A stretch of DNA of 64,000 nucleotides from Sulfolobales archaeon (GTDB taxonomy: Archaea; Thermoproteota; Thermoprotei_A; Sulfolobales; AG1): positions 192,001-256,000 of the forward strand of contig JAWBYA010000001.1 of assembly GCA_038867615.1 (NCBI GenBank), written 5' to 3'. The notes beneath the pieces are model-generated. The model searched no databases, was not told the origin of the DNA, and saw only the letters and a list, made by a program, of their open reading frames with translations. Positions 1-11,292 of the stretch are shown here, in pieces (positions within the stretch are counted from its first letter, which is position 1; each line of letters opens with the position of its first letter). Made by a program: the position numbers and the translations under genes.

Positions 1-352
1 AAAGTTAACAGACGGGGAAGGGGTAGACCTTATCGTCGAAACAGTTGGGGGTCCAACGCTGGAGCAGTCGCTGAGATCTGCTAAGAGGGGTGGCAGGATC
101 GTTGTTATAGGTAATGTTGATCCAAAACCGCAGGGAGTACTTCTAGGTCTAATTATATTGAGAGAGATACACATACACGGGGTGTTGAACTCAACACACA
201 CGGAGCTGAGAGAAGCAATAGACATGATCAAGAGGGGCCTTGTGAAACCCGTTATAAATACGATAGATCTCAGCGAGGAGAGTGTTAGGAAGAGTCACCA
301 AGATCTAGAGAGAGGAGGCTCTATAGGCAGGTATGTGATCACACCTAAATAG
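1..352 (+). CDS. Zn-dependent alcohol dehydrogenase / MDR family oxidoreductase, C-terminal part (runs off window start)
   Basis: Frame is open from position 2: KLTDGEGVDLIVETVGGPTLEQSLRSAKRGGRIVVIGNV...GRYVITPK, a typical MDR Rossmann C-terminus. Confidence 0.85.
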   Translation, partial: KLTDGEGVDLIVETVGGPTLEQSLRSAKRGGRIVVIGNVDPKPQGVLLGLIILREIHIHGVLNSTHTELREAIDMIKRGLVKPVINTIDLSEESVRKSHQDLERGGSIGRYVITPK

Positions 353-450
353 ATGTTTAGATGTAATTCATTTATCGCTCACAGCAAAGCCATGTCCTAC
401 TTATCTGGCAGTGGTAAAGCATATAGGCTGAAAACAATCTATATTTTGGA

Positions 451-550
<100 letters not shown>

Positions 551-654
551 CTATCAAAAACCCTATCTTTAGTTACATGGTATCCTCTCTAATCTAACCG
601 ATCAAATTGAAGTGCTACGAGTTATAAACCCTAGCTGTTATGTCTAGCCGTGTT

Positions 655-1716
655 TTAGGTAGAGGCGGTTCCAGGGTCTCTGGTGCCTGGTTTAAAGATC
701 TTCTCTCTTCCTTCTACAATGCCCATCCATCTCCATATGATCCTCACTACTATTGATGGTGGTTCTGGGGATCGTTTCTCGATATCATGTATCTTCATGT
801 TGAGGGGAACCCTGACTATGCCTCTTTTGCTGGGCTTCTCAACAGCTCTCCCAATCACTGTTCCTCTCCAGATTGCTACTATGTTTAGTTCTTTGGCCTC
901 AAAATCTCCTTTATTCTCGAACCCTACTAGTAGTTCCCGTCCTTCTTGTGATAGCTCTATATCTCCTATAATATATTCTGGGGATTTCTTGTTACTTGTA
1001 CCTATGAAAACCCACGGGATCTTTATCGTGCACTCGCTTTCAGGGCAGTTGCTTTCAAGCTCTAGCTCTTCTTTGCCATCGGCAATGGTTCCATATAGTC
1101 TTAGAGATAGCTCTGTGGGTGAGTTGAGGGAGAGTCTCCTCACAGTTTTGTTCATGGATAGGCTGAGTTTTATGTCAGCCCTTTTGCTGGGGATCACTAT
1201 ACCGCCTATCGTGAGATCGCCTCCGCTGAAGCTCCTAGCGTTCAGATAGATCCTTTCCCCTCCTCGGAGTAGGTAGGGGCCTATATACACCTTATTCTGG
1301 CTCTCAACATGTCCCGCATCCATGTTGGGGGGATATATTGTTATCAAAGATATCCCATCGATCAGTATGTCGAGGTCCCTTGATTCTATATCTATCTCGG
1401 CTCTATCCTGGAGCTTGCTCTTTATGGGTGTGAGATCATAAACGAATATTGAGTGAAATGTGTTTTGCAGCTGGAGCTCGTTAACAGGCCTGGCTATTCT
1501 CGATATGCTGAAACCATTTATAGCGATTTTAAGCCTGGAGTTATATATGCTTCTACTAGTCTTCATAGATACTAGAAGGATAGCCCCGACTATATCTCCC
1601 CCAACATCTCTCTCTACCTCCAGGGTTGTAGAAAAGGGTTTCGAGACTGTTACTCTCTCCTCTACATCGTGGTTGGATATAGAGCCAAACCCTGGCCCTA
1701 GATCTATCTCGGCCAA
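655..1716 (-). CDS. hypothetical protein (353 aa, beta-rich)
   Basis: Long ORF with a TTTA-rich promoter region upstream; no motif recognised. Confidence 0.7.
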   Translation of the reverse strand: MAEIDLGPGFGSISNHDVEERVTVSKPFSTTLEVERDVGGDIVGAILLVSMKTSRSIYNSRLKIAINGFSISRIARPVNELQLQNTFHSIFVYDLTPIKSKLQDRAEIDIESRDLDILIDGISLITIYPPNMDAGHVESQNKVYIGPYLLRGGERIYLNARSFSGGDLTIGGIVIPSKRADIKLSLSMNKTVRRLSLNSPTELSLRLYGTIADGKEELELESNCPESECTIKIPWVFIGTSNKKSPEYIIGDIELSQEGRELLVGFENKGDFEAKELNIVAIWRGTVIGRAVEKPSKRGIVRVPLNMKIHDIEKRSPEPPSIVVRIIWRWMGIVEGREKIFKPGTRDPGTAST

Positions 1717-2146
1717 TTGTGTGCACTTCCAATCACTAGTAGTTTAGCGCAATTTTTATTTAAGTGCTCTAGTAGACAGGATCTCTGTGGCGAGCTGTCT
1801 CGTTTCTAATAATCTTTCTAGTGATACCCTAGATATTATTATAATCTTTAGTGTTCATAACTATGATGCTCTTCATAGTCCTAGATGCTGGAGGGCCCGG
1901 GTTTCCTCATAACCAAGAGAGTGATTCGCGACTTTGATATCTTGGTGGTGAGTTTGTTTCTATACGATGTTGGATCTCGTGGGGATTTGCCCTAAACATT
2001 TCGAGGTTTATCTTAGCATCCTTAATTGATCCCTGTGCAGGTGAGGATACGATCCTCGGATATGGGTGAATACCAGTTACCTGGGTTTACGGAAATCCGG
2101 TAAGTTGTTACGACATCGATCTCTATGGTCTCCTAGATCATACCGT

Positions 2147-3115
2147 CTATTCCGTCACATCAGTTACTCCGGTTTCGGTTATCATGAAGATAGCCTCTCC
2201 CTCAGGTAGGTGGGGTGCATCTATGACTCTTGCTATCCTCTTATTCCCTCTACTCTTTCTAAGCTGAACCCTGACTCCGGGGGCGTGTCCAAGTATATGG
2301 CCTCCGACAGCTACTGTGGGGTCTCCGTAGAATACGTCTGGCCTAGCCATAACCTGGTTTGTGACGACAGCGGCTATGTTGAAGACCTCTGCCAGGTTTT
2401 GTAGCTGGTGTAGGTGTTTATTGAGCTTCTGCTGCCTCACAGCTAGGTTCTCTCTACCGGGGTATTCTGCTCTGAAATGCCCTGTTACTGAGTCGATTAT
2501 AACTAGCTTTATATTCTTCTCTGGTATGAGTTCTTTGAGTTCTTCGACTATGGCCATTTGGTGATCGCTGCTAACAGCCCTTATGAAGTAGATCTTATCC
2601 ATGACCTCGTCAGGGTCTAGACCTTTCCCTCTAGCCATAGCCTCGATCCTCTCCCACCTGAAAGTCCCCTCGGTATCTATATACACGGCCGTCCCTCCAA
2701 GACCGCCTTTCTCGACGGGGAGCTGGACGTTTACTGCTAGCTGGTGGCAGAGCTGTGTCTTCCCAGTACCGAACTCTCCGAAGAATTCTGTGATTGTTTT
2801 TGTCTCCACACCTCCTCCTAGGAGCTGGTCAAGGGCTTTACTCCCAGTGGTTATCCTACCTATATTCATTCTCTCTAGCTTGACCTCCTTGGCTGTTTTG
2901 AATCTTATATCCAGGGCCTCTCTAGCAGCGTTTATGATCTTCATCGCCGTTGGGAGGGGTATTCCTAGCGTTACACTAAGATCCTGAGCGCTGGCTGTCA
3001 CGAGAGATTCGAGGCTCGTGTAGCCGGAATCCTTGAGCTTAGCGACAATGCTTGGCGATATATCGAGATCATCGATGCTCTTTATCTTTTTACCAGCTTT
3101 CTCCTCACCCTGCAC
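2147..3115 (-). CDS. radA: DNA repair and recombination protein RadA
   Basis: N-terminal HhH domain, Walker [44 protein letters not shown]. Confidence 0.98.
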   Translation of the reverse strand: MQGEEKAGKKIKSIDDLDISPSIVAKLKDSGYTSLESLVTASAQDLSVTLGIPLPTAMKIINAAREALDIRFKTAKEVKLERMNIGRITTGSKALDQLLGGGVETKTITEFFGEFGTGKTQLCHQLAVNVQLPVEKGGLGGTAVYIDTEGTFRWERIEAMARGKGLDPDEVMDKIYFIRAVSSDHQMAIVEELKELIPEKNIKLVIIDSVTGHFRAEYPGRENLAVRQQKLNKHLHQLQNLAEVFNIAAVVTNQVMARPDVFYGDPTVAVGGHILGHAPGVRVQLRKSRGNKRIARVIDAPHLPEGEAIFMITETGVTDVTE

Positions 3116-3258
3116 TCCTAATCCCCAAATAATATTTGGGAATACTAAATATTAACGTTAGCCGTGATGATTTTCCCAGGCTGGTGAGTAGGATTCGTGG
3201 TTCTCTAGATATTAGGTAGTAGCTAAATAGCTCTAAGCGTATATAGGAATGGATATCC

Positions 3259-3525
3259 ATGGATACATGGCTAGCAGCCCTTGTAATGGCTCTGGTTGGT
3301 ATATTATTAATAGGACTCGGGGTCTTCATAACCCTCTACCAGAGATCTAGATATGGTGCTCCCGAGAGCGAGGGTAGAGCGTATGGTGTTGTACTCATAG
3401 GACCTTTACCGATAATTATTAAGGGGAAGGGGTCTGCTGCGTGGTTCATGTTGGTGGTATTTCTAACTATAATCCTGGTCATGGTTATCGCTGTGCTGAT
3501 CAATATACTCGGTGTACTACGCTGA
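3259..3525 (+). CDS. DUF131 family small membrane protein
   Basis: Two hydrophobic segments flanking GVVLIGPLPII. Confidence 0.8.
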   Translation: MDTWLAALVMALVGILLIGLGVFITLYQRSRYGAPESEGRAYGVVLIGPLPIIIKGKGSAAWFMLVVFLTIILVMVIAVLINILGVLR

Positions 3526-3610
3526 TTAGCATGCAGCAATACTCATAATACTCAGCTCTAGAGGATATGGTTGTTTATTAATCCTGCTGTTAAGGCTTAT
3601 GTGAGGAGCT

Positions 3611-4444
3611 ATGGTTATAGGCTTCGCATACAGCGTTAACGATATAGCTGGAAGGGGTATTGCTGAGAAGCTCGTTGAGATCCTGGGTCTCAAATGCTCA
3701 GAGAATCTTCAGGGAAGGGCTAGAAGGGTTTGTGGGGAGCCTCTCAGAGTAGCAGGGTTTATAGATGATGTGATATATCTAGAATATCTCGACTCCTATT
3801 TTAATGGATACTCAGGGGTTGTTGTGCTCTCAAGACACAGAGCATCGTCAGGAACACCTAGTCTCACGGTACACCATACCGGGAACCCCGGGGATAGTGC
3901 TCTATATGGCGGCAGACCTTGGAAGCTTGGTGTCAGCTTCCCCAGCCTTGGATCCTCTCTCCTCTATATGGTAAACCTGGAGGCTGGTTCCAGAGGGTCT
4001 GGTTTCTTCAGCATATCTTACGAGGCTACGCATCACGGGCCCACGGATAACGCTATCCCGGTGGTTTTCGCCGAGATAGGATCTTCTGAGAAGGAGTGGG
4101 GTTTGGAGGAGGCGCACGAGACATGGGCTAGAGCAATTGCTAGGGTTCTTGATAGTAGGATTGGGTGCTCATCAATATCGATCGGTCTTGGAGGTAACCA
4201 CTACCCTGCGAGATTTACAGAGCTTACTCTGCGTAAGAACGTGTGTTTCGGTCACATAATACCAAGATATGCTCTTAAAAATCTGAGCGAGAATGCCGTG
4301 GGTAGCCTGGTTGAACAGGCTATTCTAGCCAGTGCTGAGAAGATTGAGAAGATATATATGGAGGAGAAAGCTGCCCAAGCAAGCAAGGTGAGGGTCATAG
4401 AGAGTGTTGCTGAGAAGCTCAACATAGATCTTGAGATCCTCTGA
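3611..4444 (+). CDS. dtdA: D-aminoacyl-tRNA deacylase (archaeal DTD2)
   Basis: SRH, LTVHHTGN, EATHHGPT, EIGS and GGNHY motifs. Confidence 0.93.
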   Translation: MVIGFAYSVNDIAGRGIAEKLVEILGLKCSENLQGRARRVCGEPLRVAGFIDDVIYLEYLDSYFNGYSGVVVLSRHRASSGTPSLTVHHTGNPGDSALYGGRPWKLGVSFPSLGSSLLYMVNLEAGSRGSGFFSISYEATHHGPTDNAIPVVFAEIGSSEKEWGLEEAHETWARAIARVLDSRIGCSSISIGLGGNHYPARFTELTLRKNVCFGHIIPRYALKNLSENAVGSLVEQAILASAEKIEKIYMEEKAAQASKVRVIESVAEKLNIDLEIL

Positions 4445-4459
4445 GGGTTTAGTAGCACT

Positions 4460-5215
4460 ATGTTGAAACTCTACTTCCTAGGGACAGGGGCTGGAGCGCC
4501 AACAACCAGGAGATGGGCTTCTTCAACAGCGCTCTCTGTCTCTTCGTCATACTATCTACTCGACTGCGGAGAGGGATGCCAGCTCAGGATGTCCTCGCTC
4601 GGTATCTCCCCTCTGAAGATAGCTGCTATATTTATTACCCACGCACACGGGGATCACGTGCTCGGCCTCGCCCCCTTGGTGGAGAGCATGTCACACCATG
4701 GAAGGAGGGATCCTCTATATTTAGTAGCACCACAAGGCGTGGATCGTTTGATTGAGGAGACAATAAGGATCACGGGTGGAGGTATGGATTTCGACCTTAT
4801 TGTTAAGAGCCCAAGTGATGGTTATGATGATAGAAATATCTCTGTGAAGGGCTATAGGGTGTGTCATAGCACTGATAGCTGGGGCTATAGGATGTCGATC
4901 AAGAAGAAGAAGCTTGATATATGCTATACGGGAGATACTATGGCGTGTGAGGAGGTTATTGAGGCTTGTAGGGGTGTGGATATACTGATCCACGAGGCCA
5001 CCTTTATCCAGGAGAACGAGGCTGAGGCGAGATCCTATATGCACTCAACAGCCAGAGATGCTGCTAGAGTAGCGTTAGAGGTTGGTGCTAGGTATCTCTA
5101 CCTAACACATATAAGCTCTCGTATCAAGGATCCAGAGGATCTTATTAGGGAGGCTAGAGAGGTTTTCAAAAACACGAGGGTTGCTAGCGATATGATGGTA
5201 ACATATATATTATAA
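4460..5215 (+). CDS. rnz: ribonuclease Z (metallo-beta-lactamase fold)
   Basis: FLGTGAG, DCGEG, THAHGDH, YTGDT, HEATF, HST and LTHIS motifs. Confidence 0.92.
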   Translation: MLKLYFLGTGAGAPTTRRWASSTALSVSSSYYLLDCGEGCQLRMSSLGISPLKIAAIFITHAHGDHVLGLAPLVESMSHHGRRDPLYLVAPQGVDRLIEETIRITGGGMDFDLIVKSPSDGYDDRNISVKGYRVCHSTDSWGYRMSIKKKKLDICYTGDTMACEEVIEACRGVDILIHEATFIQENEAEARSYMHSTARDAARVALEVGARYLYLTHISSRIKDPEDLIREAREVFKNTRVASDMMVTYIL

Positions 5216-5295
5216 CCTTCAAACCACTATACTTGATCCTTCATATAGGGTTTAATAGATTATATAGCTGATACTAGTTTACTCACTCTATCTTA

Positions 5296-5311
5296 TATAC
5301 ATATATGTATA
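5296..5311. promoter_or_regulatory. perfect 16-bp palindrome upstream of the cox-like operon (candidate operator)
   Basis: TATACATATATGTATA, just upstream of a CTTATATA TATA-like box at about 5322-5329. Confidence 0.4.
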
Positions 5312-5359
5312 AATACATATGCTTATATACCCCTTAATACATGAATACGGGGTGAGGCT

Positions 5360-5857
5360 TTGGAAGCCCTTGAGAGGGTTAGAATTACTGTTAAGGTTAA
5401 CGGCAAGATCTACACACACGATGTAGACCCCAGGCTCTTGCTAGTGCATTACATAAGAGACTATCTAGGGCTCACTGGAACACATGTCGGGTGCGACACG
5501 TCTAACTGCGGAGCATGCACCGTGATACTAAATGGCAAGGCTGTCAAATCATGCACGCTATACGCCTTCATGGCTGATGGTGGGGAGATATTAACGGTAG
5601 AGGGGTTGGAGAAGGATGGCAAGCTCCACCCGATCCAGGAGGCTTTCTGGGAGAACCATGCTCTCCAATGCGGCTTCTGCACTCCTGGGATGATAATGGC
5701 TCTCTATGACTTCCTCGGCAGGAACCCGAGGCCTACTGAGGAGGAGGTTAGAAGGGCTATTGAGGGTAACCTGTGCAGGTGCACAGGTTATCAAAACATA
5801 GTTAAGGCGGCTCTCTGGGCTGCCGAGAGGATGAGGGGTGGGGGTGGGGATGAGTGA
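5360..5857 (+). CDS. Mo-hydroxylase small (2Fe-2S) subunit, CoxS/CutC-like
   Basis: [18 protein letters not shown] and GNLCRCTGY motifs. Confidence 0.95.
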   Translation: MEALERVRITVKVNGKIYTHDVDPRLLLVHYIRDYLGLTGTHVGCDTSNCGACTVILNGKAVKSCTLYAFMADGGEILTVEGLEKDGKLHPIQEAFWENHALQCGFCTPGMIMALYDFLGRNPRPTEEEVRRAIEGNLCRCTGYQNIVKAALWAAERMRGGGGDE

Positions 5858-8223
5858 GTTTCATACATAGGGCTAGGGAAGCCCGTCATATCGGGAAGCC
5901 TGTTAAGAGGAAAGAGGATCCGAGGCTCATAACTGGTAGAGGATTATATGTTGATGATATAAAGCTTCCCGGCATGCTCTATGCAGCATTTGTGAGATCC
6001 CCGTATGCTCATGCAAAGATAAGAAGCATTGATGCTTCGAAGGCCCAGAAGATCCCTGGCGTTGTTGGTGTGTTCACGGGCAACGATCTTAGGGGGAAGA
6101 TCGGTCCTATACCTACGGGCTGGATGCTAACGGGAGCAGATCTCAAGGTTCCTGAATGGCCTGCTGTTGCGTATGATAGGGTTAGATTTGTTGGAGAAAT
6201 AGTTGCTGTGGTTGTTGCACAGGATCCATATGTTGCTAGAGACGCTGCAGACGCTGTAGAGGTTGATTACGAGCCTCTCCCTGCTGTTGTGAGATCCGAG
6301 GACGCTATAAAACCCGGTGCTCCGCAGCTCCACGAGGGTGTTCCTAACAACGTGGCTTTTAGGTGGAGGATGAGGGGTGGGGATGATTTCGACGAGGTTG
6401 CTAGAAAGGCTGGGAGGGTTATTAGGCGGAGGATGATCAATCAAAGGCTAATCCCATCCGCGATGGAGCCCAGGGGGGCTGTTGCTGAGTATAATAGATA
6501 TACTGGGGAGCTTACAATGTGGATCACTACCCAGAACCCCCATGTCCATAGGCTCTTCCTCTCAGGGATCCTAGGTATCCCTGAGAACAAGATCAGGGTT
6601 ATAGCACCGGATGTGGGCGGGGGTTTTGGGAGCAAGATCCCCGTATACCCCCTCGAGGCGATTGTTGGGAGAATGGCGATAGAGCTTGGGAGACCTGTTA
6701 AGTATGTCGAGACCAGGAGGGAGAACTTTGTGGGGACAATACATGGGAGAGATCATGTTGAGGATGTAGAGGTTGCGGTAGATGGTGAGGGGCATATCCA
6801 CGGAATCAGGGTCAAGACGCTGGCCAACATGGGGGCTTATCTAAGCACAGCTGCACCAGGGGTTCCGACAATACTGTTTGGAACAATGCTCTCTGGACCC
6901 TATAATATAAGATCTGTTGATGTCGATGTGATAGGCGTGTTTACAAACACAACACCTGTAGACGCCTATAGGGGTGCTGGGAGGCCTGAGGCAACATATA
7001 TCCTCGAGAGAGTCATGGATCTTGTGGCTAGGGAGCTTAAGCTAGACCCAGCCGAGGTTAGGAGAAGAAACATGATTCCTGAGGCACCCTATACAGCTGT
7101 GACAGGGCTTGTCTATGATAGTGGTAAGTATCTCGAGGTGTTTGAGAAAGCCCTCAAAATAGCTGACTACGAGGGTTGGAGGAGAAGACAGGAGGAGGCT
7201 AGAAGGGAGGGGAGGCTGATCGGGATAGGGATAGCATCATATATAGAGATGTGCGGCATCGCCCCCTCAAGAATAGCTAGAGCAACCGGGTTTGGTATGG
7301 GGCTGTGGGAAAGCGCTATAGTGAGGATACATCCAAGCGGTAAGGTTACAGTATTCACAGGTACAAGCCCTCACGGTCAGGGTGAGGATATAGCATTTGC
7401 ACAGATCGTTGCCGAGGAGCTCGGGATCTCTCCCGAAGATGTCGAGGTGGTGCATGGAGACACAGCCTCGGTTCAGTTCGGTCTAGGCACATATGGGAGC
7501 AGAACAACCCCTGTTGGCGGGGGTGCTATAGCGCTCGCGGCTAGGAGGGTTAGGGAGAAGGCGCGCAGGATAGCCGCAGCCCTTCTTGAGGCTAGGGAGG
7601 AGGATGTCATGGTTGAGGGTTCTAAGTTCTATGTCAAAGGCGCTCCCGAGAAGTTCGTCACACTACAGCAGGTTGCTCTTGAAGCATATACCGCTGATAA
7701 GCTACCACCAGGTGTTGAGCCCGGGCTTGAGGCTACAGTATTCTATGATCCTGAGAACTTCACCTTCCCCTATGGGACGCATATAGCTGTTGTCGAGGTT
7801 GATAGAGAAACCAAGGCTGTTAAGATCCTTAGGTATGTTGCTGTAGACGATGCTGGCGTGATCGTGAACCCAATGCTAGCAGAGGGACAGGTTATAGGAG
7901 GAGCTCTTCAGGGGATAGCTCAGGCTCTGTATGAGGAGGCTGTATATGATGATAGTGGTAACCTGCTAACAGCTGGTTTCAACGACTATCTAATACCAAC
8001 TGCTAAGGAGGCTCCCAAGATCGAGTCCTACTTCTACGAGACACCATCGCCCCACAACCCGCTTGGTGTGAAGGGTATTGGAGAGACAAGCACTATAGCG
8101 TCAACACCAGCAATAGTTAACGCTGTTCTTGACGCACTTGCTCATCTAGATATTAGGCATATAGATATGCCATTACTTCCAAGCAAGATATATTCAGCAT
8201 TGAGGGAGAAGGGGGTGGTGTGA
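5854..8223 (+). CDS. molybdopterin large subunit, form II CoxL / aldehyde oxidoreductase CutA-like
   Basis: VGGGFGSK, active-site loop AYRGAGRPE (form II), GQG, KGIGE. Confidence 0.95.
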   Translation: MSFIHRAREARHIGKPVKRKEDPRLITGRGLYVDDIKLPGMLYAAFVRSPYAHAKIRSIDASKAQKIPGVVGVFTGNDLRGKIGPIPTGWMLTGADLKVPEWPAVAYDRVRFVGEIVAVVVAQDPYVARDAADAVEVDYEPLPAVVRSEDAIKPGAPQLHEGVPNNVAFRWRMRGGDDFDEVARKAGRVIRRRMINQRLIPSAMEPRGAVAEYNRYTGELTMWITTQNPHVHRLFLSGILGIPENKIRVIAPDVGGGFGSKIPVYPLEAIVGRMAIELGRPVKYVETRRENFVGTIHGRDHVEDVEVAVDGEGHIHGIRVKTLANMGAYLSTAAPGVPTILFGTMLSGPYNIRSVDVDVIGVFTNTTPVDAYRGAGRPEATYILERVMDLVARELKLDPAEVRRRNMIPEAPYTAVTGLVYDSGKYLEVFEKALKIADYEGWRRRQEEARREGRLIGIGIASYIEMCGIAPSRIARATGFGMGLWESAIVRIHPSGKVTVFTGTSPHGQGEDIAFAQIVAEELGISPEDVEVVHGDTASVQFGLGTYGSRTTPVGGGAIALAARRVREKARRIAAALLEAREEDVMVEGSKFYVKGAPEKFVTLQQVALEAYTADKLPPGVEPGLEATVFYDPENFTFPYGTHIAVVEVDRETKAVKILRYVAVDDAGVIVNPMLAEGQVIGGALQGIAQALYEEAVYDDSGNLLTAGFNDYLIPTAKEAPKIESYFYETPSPHNPLGVKGIGETSTIASTPAIVNAVLDALAHLDIRHIDMPLLPSKIYSALREKGVV

Positions 8224-9107
8224 CGATGTACCCGCCCAGGTTCTCACTCATAGTCCCCTCAACCCTCGACGAGGCTCTCGAGATCCTGAGCAAGTATGGG
8301 GAGAACGCAAAGGTTCTCGCCGGCGGGCATAGCCTAATACCGCTGATGAAGCTGAGGCTAGCATCGCCGAAGTATATAGTATATATTGGGAAGTTACAGG
8401 GGCTATCCTATATAAGGGAGGAGGCTGGGAGGATACATATAGGTGCTCTCACAACCCACGCGGCAATAGAATCCTCAGACCTTCTGGCAAAGAGAAACCC
8501 ACTCCTATCCGAGACAGCTTCGAAGATAGGGGATCTCCAGGTTAGGAACATGGGCACCATAGGTGGTAGCCTAGCCCATGCAGACCCGGCTGCAGACTAT
8601 CCAGCGGCTATGATAGCCCTCGATGCGGAGATCGTTGCTAAGAGCGTGCGGGGCGAGAGGGTTATCAAAGCAAGCGACTTCTTCAAGGGACCATTCACTA
8701 CAGCGCTAAGGAGTGACGAGCTATTAGTGGAGGTCAGGATACCTGTTCTCAATGGGTTCTTTGGAACAGCGTATGAGAAGCTGGTGTTCAGAGCAATGGA
8801 TTTCGCTATAGTGGGTGTTGCTGCTATGTTAGAGATAGATAAGACCGGAACCATTGTGAAGGCTGGTGTGGGGCTCACAGGTGTTGGGAGCACTGCTGTG
8901 AGGGCCAAGGGGGTTGAGGAGGAGCTTGTTGGAAAACCGGCTAGCATTGATACTATAGCCAAGGCCTCGGCAAGGGCTTCAGAGAATCTCAATCCGCCGA
9001 GCGATATAAGGGCCTCTTCGGAGTATAGGAGAGCGATGGCTGTTGTGATGGCCAAGAGGGCTCTCTCAAGAGCTCTCGAGGCTGCCAAGGCCAGGATGAA
9101 GGGTTAA
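8220..9107 (+). CDS. FAD-binding medium subunit, CoxM/CutB-like
   Basis: LAGGHSL, RNMGTIGGSLAHADPAAD and DIRASSEYR motifs. Confidence 0.95.
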   Translation: MTMYPPRFSLIVPSTLDEALEILSKYGENAKVLAGGHSLIPLMKLRLASPKYIVYIGKLQGLSYIREEAGRIHIGALTTHAAIESSDLLAKRNPLLSETASKIGDLQVRNMGTIGGSLAHADPAADYPAAMIALDAEIVAKSVRGERVIKASDFFKGPFTTALRSDELLVEVRIPVLNGFFGTAYEKLVFRAMDFAIVGVAAMLEIDKTGTIVKAGVGLTGVGSTAVRAKGVEEELVGKPASIDTIAKASARASENLNPPSDIRASSEYRRAMAVVMAKRALSRALEAAKARMKG

Positions 9108-9155
9108 GGATAACCTGACCTTTAGCACTTTTTAAACACCGAGTCTCTTCTTATT

Positions 9156-10061
9156 TTGGCGATATGTGGGTTGGGTATCGATCTGAATAGCATTACTGTT
9201 GAGGATGTTGCTAGGATCCTTTCGAGTGTTGGTTATGTTGCTGACAAGAGGATCGCTACTGCTGTTTTCCTGGCAATAAGGCTTGAAAAACCCCTACTAG
9301 TTGAGGGCGAGCCTGGCTGTGGTAAGACAGAGCTTGCTAAGGCGTTGGCAGAGGGGCTTGGGACAGAGCTTATAAGGCTCCAGTGCTATGAGGGGCTTGA
9401 CGCCTCTAAGGCTCTCTATGAGTGGGACTATCCGAGGCAGCTGATAGCTATAAGGCTTCTTGAGAGGTTTGCCAAGCCCGAGGAGATAGAGAGGGAGATC
9501 TATAGTGAGAAGTACCTACTTAAAAGACCCCTTCTAAGAGCAGCTACTAGTGATAGCGAAAAACCACCTGTTCTCTTGATAGACGAGGTTGATAGGGCTG
9601 ATGAGGAGTTCGAGGCGCTCTTGCTGGAATTCCTCTCAGAGTTCCAGATAACGGTGCCCGAGATAGGTACTATAAAGGCTTCTAAGAAACCCATAGTTAT
9701 ACTCACATCAAACAGGACTAGGGAGGTTGGCGACGGGCTTAGGAGGAGATGCCTCTACCTCTACCTATCATACCCAGAGAGGGAGAGGGAGCTCGAGATC
9801 CTGAGGAGAAAAGTCCCAGGGATCTCTGAGAAGCTTGCCAACGAGGTTGTCGATGCGGTGAGACTGATAAGATCTATAGATGGTGTGGTGAAGAAGCCAG
9901 GGATCTCTGAGACTATAGAGTGGGCTAGGGCTCTCAAGGAGATGGGCTTTACAGAACTCTCTATAGAGGCTGTGAGAAACACACTTTCTGTGGTTCTAAA
10001 GCTTCCAGAGGATATAGAGAAGGTTGATATAGAGGGCTTGGTTTCGAAGGTGAAGAGGTAG
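9156..10061 (+). CDS. MoxR-type AAA+ ATPase (CoxD-like)
   Basis: GEPGCGKT, RLQCYEG, LLIDEVDR and LRRRC motifs. Confidence 0.93.
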   Translation: MAICGLGIDLNSITVEDVARILSSVGYVADKRIATAVFLAIRLEKPLLVEGEPGCGKTELAKALAEGLGTELIRLQCYEGLDASKALYEWDYPRQLIAIRLLERFAKPEEIEREIYSEKYLLKRPLLRAATSDSEKPPVLLIDEVDRADEEFEALLLEFLSEFQITVPEIGTIKASKKPIVILTSNRTREVGDGLRRRCLYLYLSYPERERELEILRRKVPGISEKLANEVVDAVRLIRSIDGVVKKPGISETIEWARALKEMGFTELSIEAVRNTLSVVLKLPEDIEKVDIEGLVSKVKR

Positions 10062-10068
10062 CCCTCTT

Positions 10069-11172
10069 TTGAGGAGAGTTACCCTGGATAACCTGGTTGG
10101 CTTCGTAAGAATCCTTAGGGAGAGCGGGTTTAGGTTAGGCTTGTCAGAGGATATGGATGCTCTTAATGGTTTGATGGCGGCAGGCATGTTTGGCGAGCTA
10201 CCCCGTGATATGGATCTCTTTAGAGAGGTTCTGAGAGTATCTCTTGTTAAGGATCCAGAGCAGTATGGGGTGTTTGACAAGCTTTTCGAGAGCTACTGGG
10301 TATATGGGGAGGAGCGGGAGAAGATCGTGAGGAGGGTTGAGGTTAGGGTTTATAGCGAGGGGAACATGCCGGAGGCTGTGGCGAGGTTTATCTCGATCTA
10401 TAGTCCTCTGGATGTTAGGGGTAGGGTTCCGAGAGAGGCTAGGGCGGATCCTAGGGAGAGGATAACTATGAGGAGGATCTTCAAGCTGATCAGGAGAGCG
10501 GTTCCCACAGAGCCAGGGGTTAGGAGGAGGATCTCTCATAAAGGAGAGCTTGATTTCCCCAGAAGCTATAGAGATGCCTTATCAACGCTGGGCGATCTTG
10601 TGAGGCTTAGGAGGAGTGTGAGGAAGAGGGTGAGAACACATTTTGTAATAGCCATAGATGTTAGCGGATCTATGGAGGATAGCTGGGAATCGATCCTGAG
10701 GCTCATAAGATCCCTGAGGGGGTTTTCGACAAATAGATATGAGGTGTTTCTCTTCAGCACCGATATACTTAGGATCACAAATGCTATAGCCTATAGCGAT
10801 GAGAAGCTCAAGCAGCTTATCATCAAAAGCGGTTTATGGGGTAGCGGTACCAAGATAGGGGAGTCGCTCTATAGGCTTATAACCGATTATAAGGGGTATG
10901 TTAGAGATACCAGTGTTGTGATCATAATAAGCGATGGATGGGATCTAGGGGATCTGGGATTGCTTGAGAAGAGCCTTGCGTTGATGAGAAAAACCGTGAG
11001 GAAGATCCTGTGGTTATCGCCCCACGCCGGTAAAAGCGGGTTCTCACCAGAGACGGCATGCTTGAGGATAGCGACCAGATATGTTGATGCAATACTACCA
11101 CTAGAGATCCTCTATGATATGGGGGTGCTGCGGAAACATATTAGAATGAACAGGCGCGTGTTCTCGAGATAG
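10069..11172 (+). CDS. VWA domain protein (CoxE-like)
   Basis: MIDAS motif DVSGSM, GSGTKIG, IISDGWD; follows the MoxR gene. Confidence 0.9.
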   Translation: MRRVTLDNLVGFVRILRESGFRLGLSEDMDALNGLMAAGMFGELPRDMDLFREVLRVSLVKDPEQYGVFDKLFESYWVYGEEREKIVRRVEVRVYSEGNMPEAVARFISIYSPLDVRGRVPREARADPRERITMRRIFKLIRRAVPTEPGVRRRISHKGELDFPRSYRDALSTLGDLVRLRRSVRKRVRTHFVIAIDVSGSMEDSWESILRLIRSLRGFSTNRYEVFLFSTDILRITNAIAYSDEKLKQLIIKSGLWGSGTKIGESLYRLITDYKGYVRDTSVVIIISDGWDLGDLGLLEKSLALMRKTVRKILWLSPHAGKSGFSPETACLRIATRYVDAILPLEILYDMGVLRKHIRMNRRVFSR

Positions 11173-11292
11173 TGTGGAGAGTTATAGCTACTAACCACTA
11201 GAGGTGTTATTGCCATAATTATAACAATTATTGCCTATGACCATATATTGTTTATTAATACGCTATAGTTAAGTATTATTGGGTATTATCCG

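Noticed and set aside
589-612. CTAATCTA...AATTGAAG after tRNA-Thr as another CRISPR-like repeat
   Set aside because: The centre does not match and the spacing is off; not distinguishable from chance in AT-rich DNA.
3160-3215. C/D box sRNA between radA and the DUF131 gene (GTGATGA)
   Set aside because: No properly spaced CTGA D or D' boxes.
5854-8223. Aerobic CO dehydrogenase (form I)
   Set aside because: The active-site loop is AYRGAGR rather than AYxCSFR and the gene order is S-L-M, so it is form II / aldehyde oxidoreductase-like.
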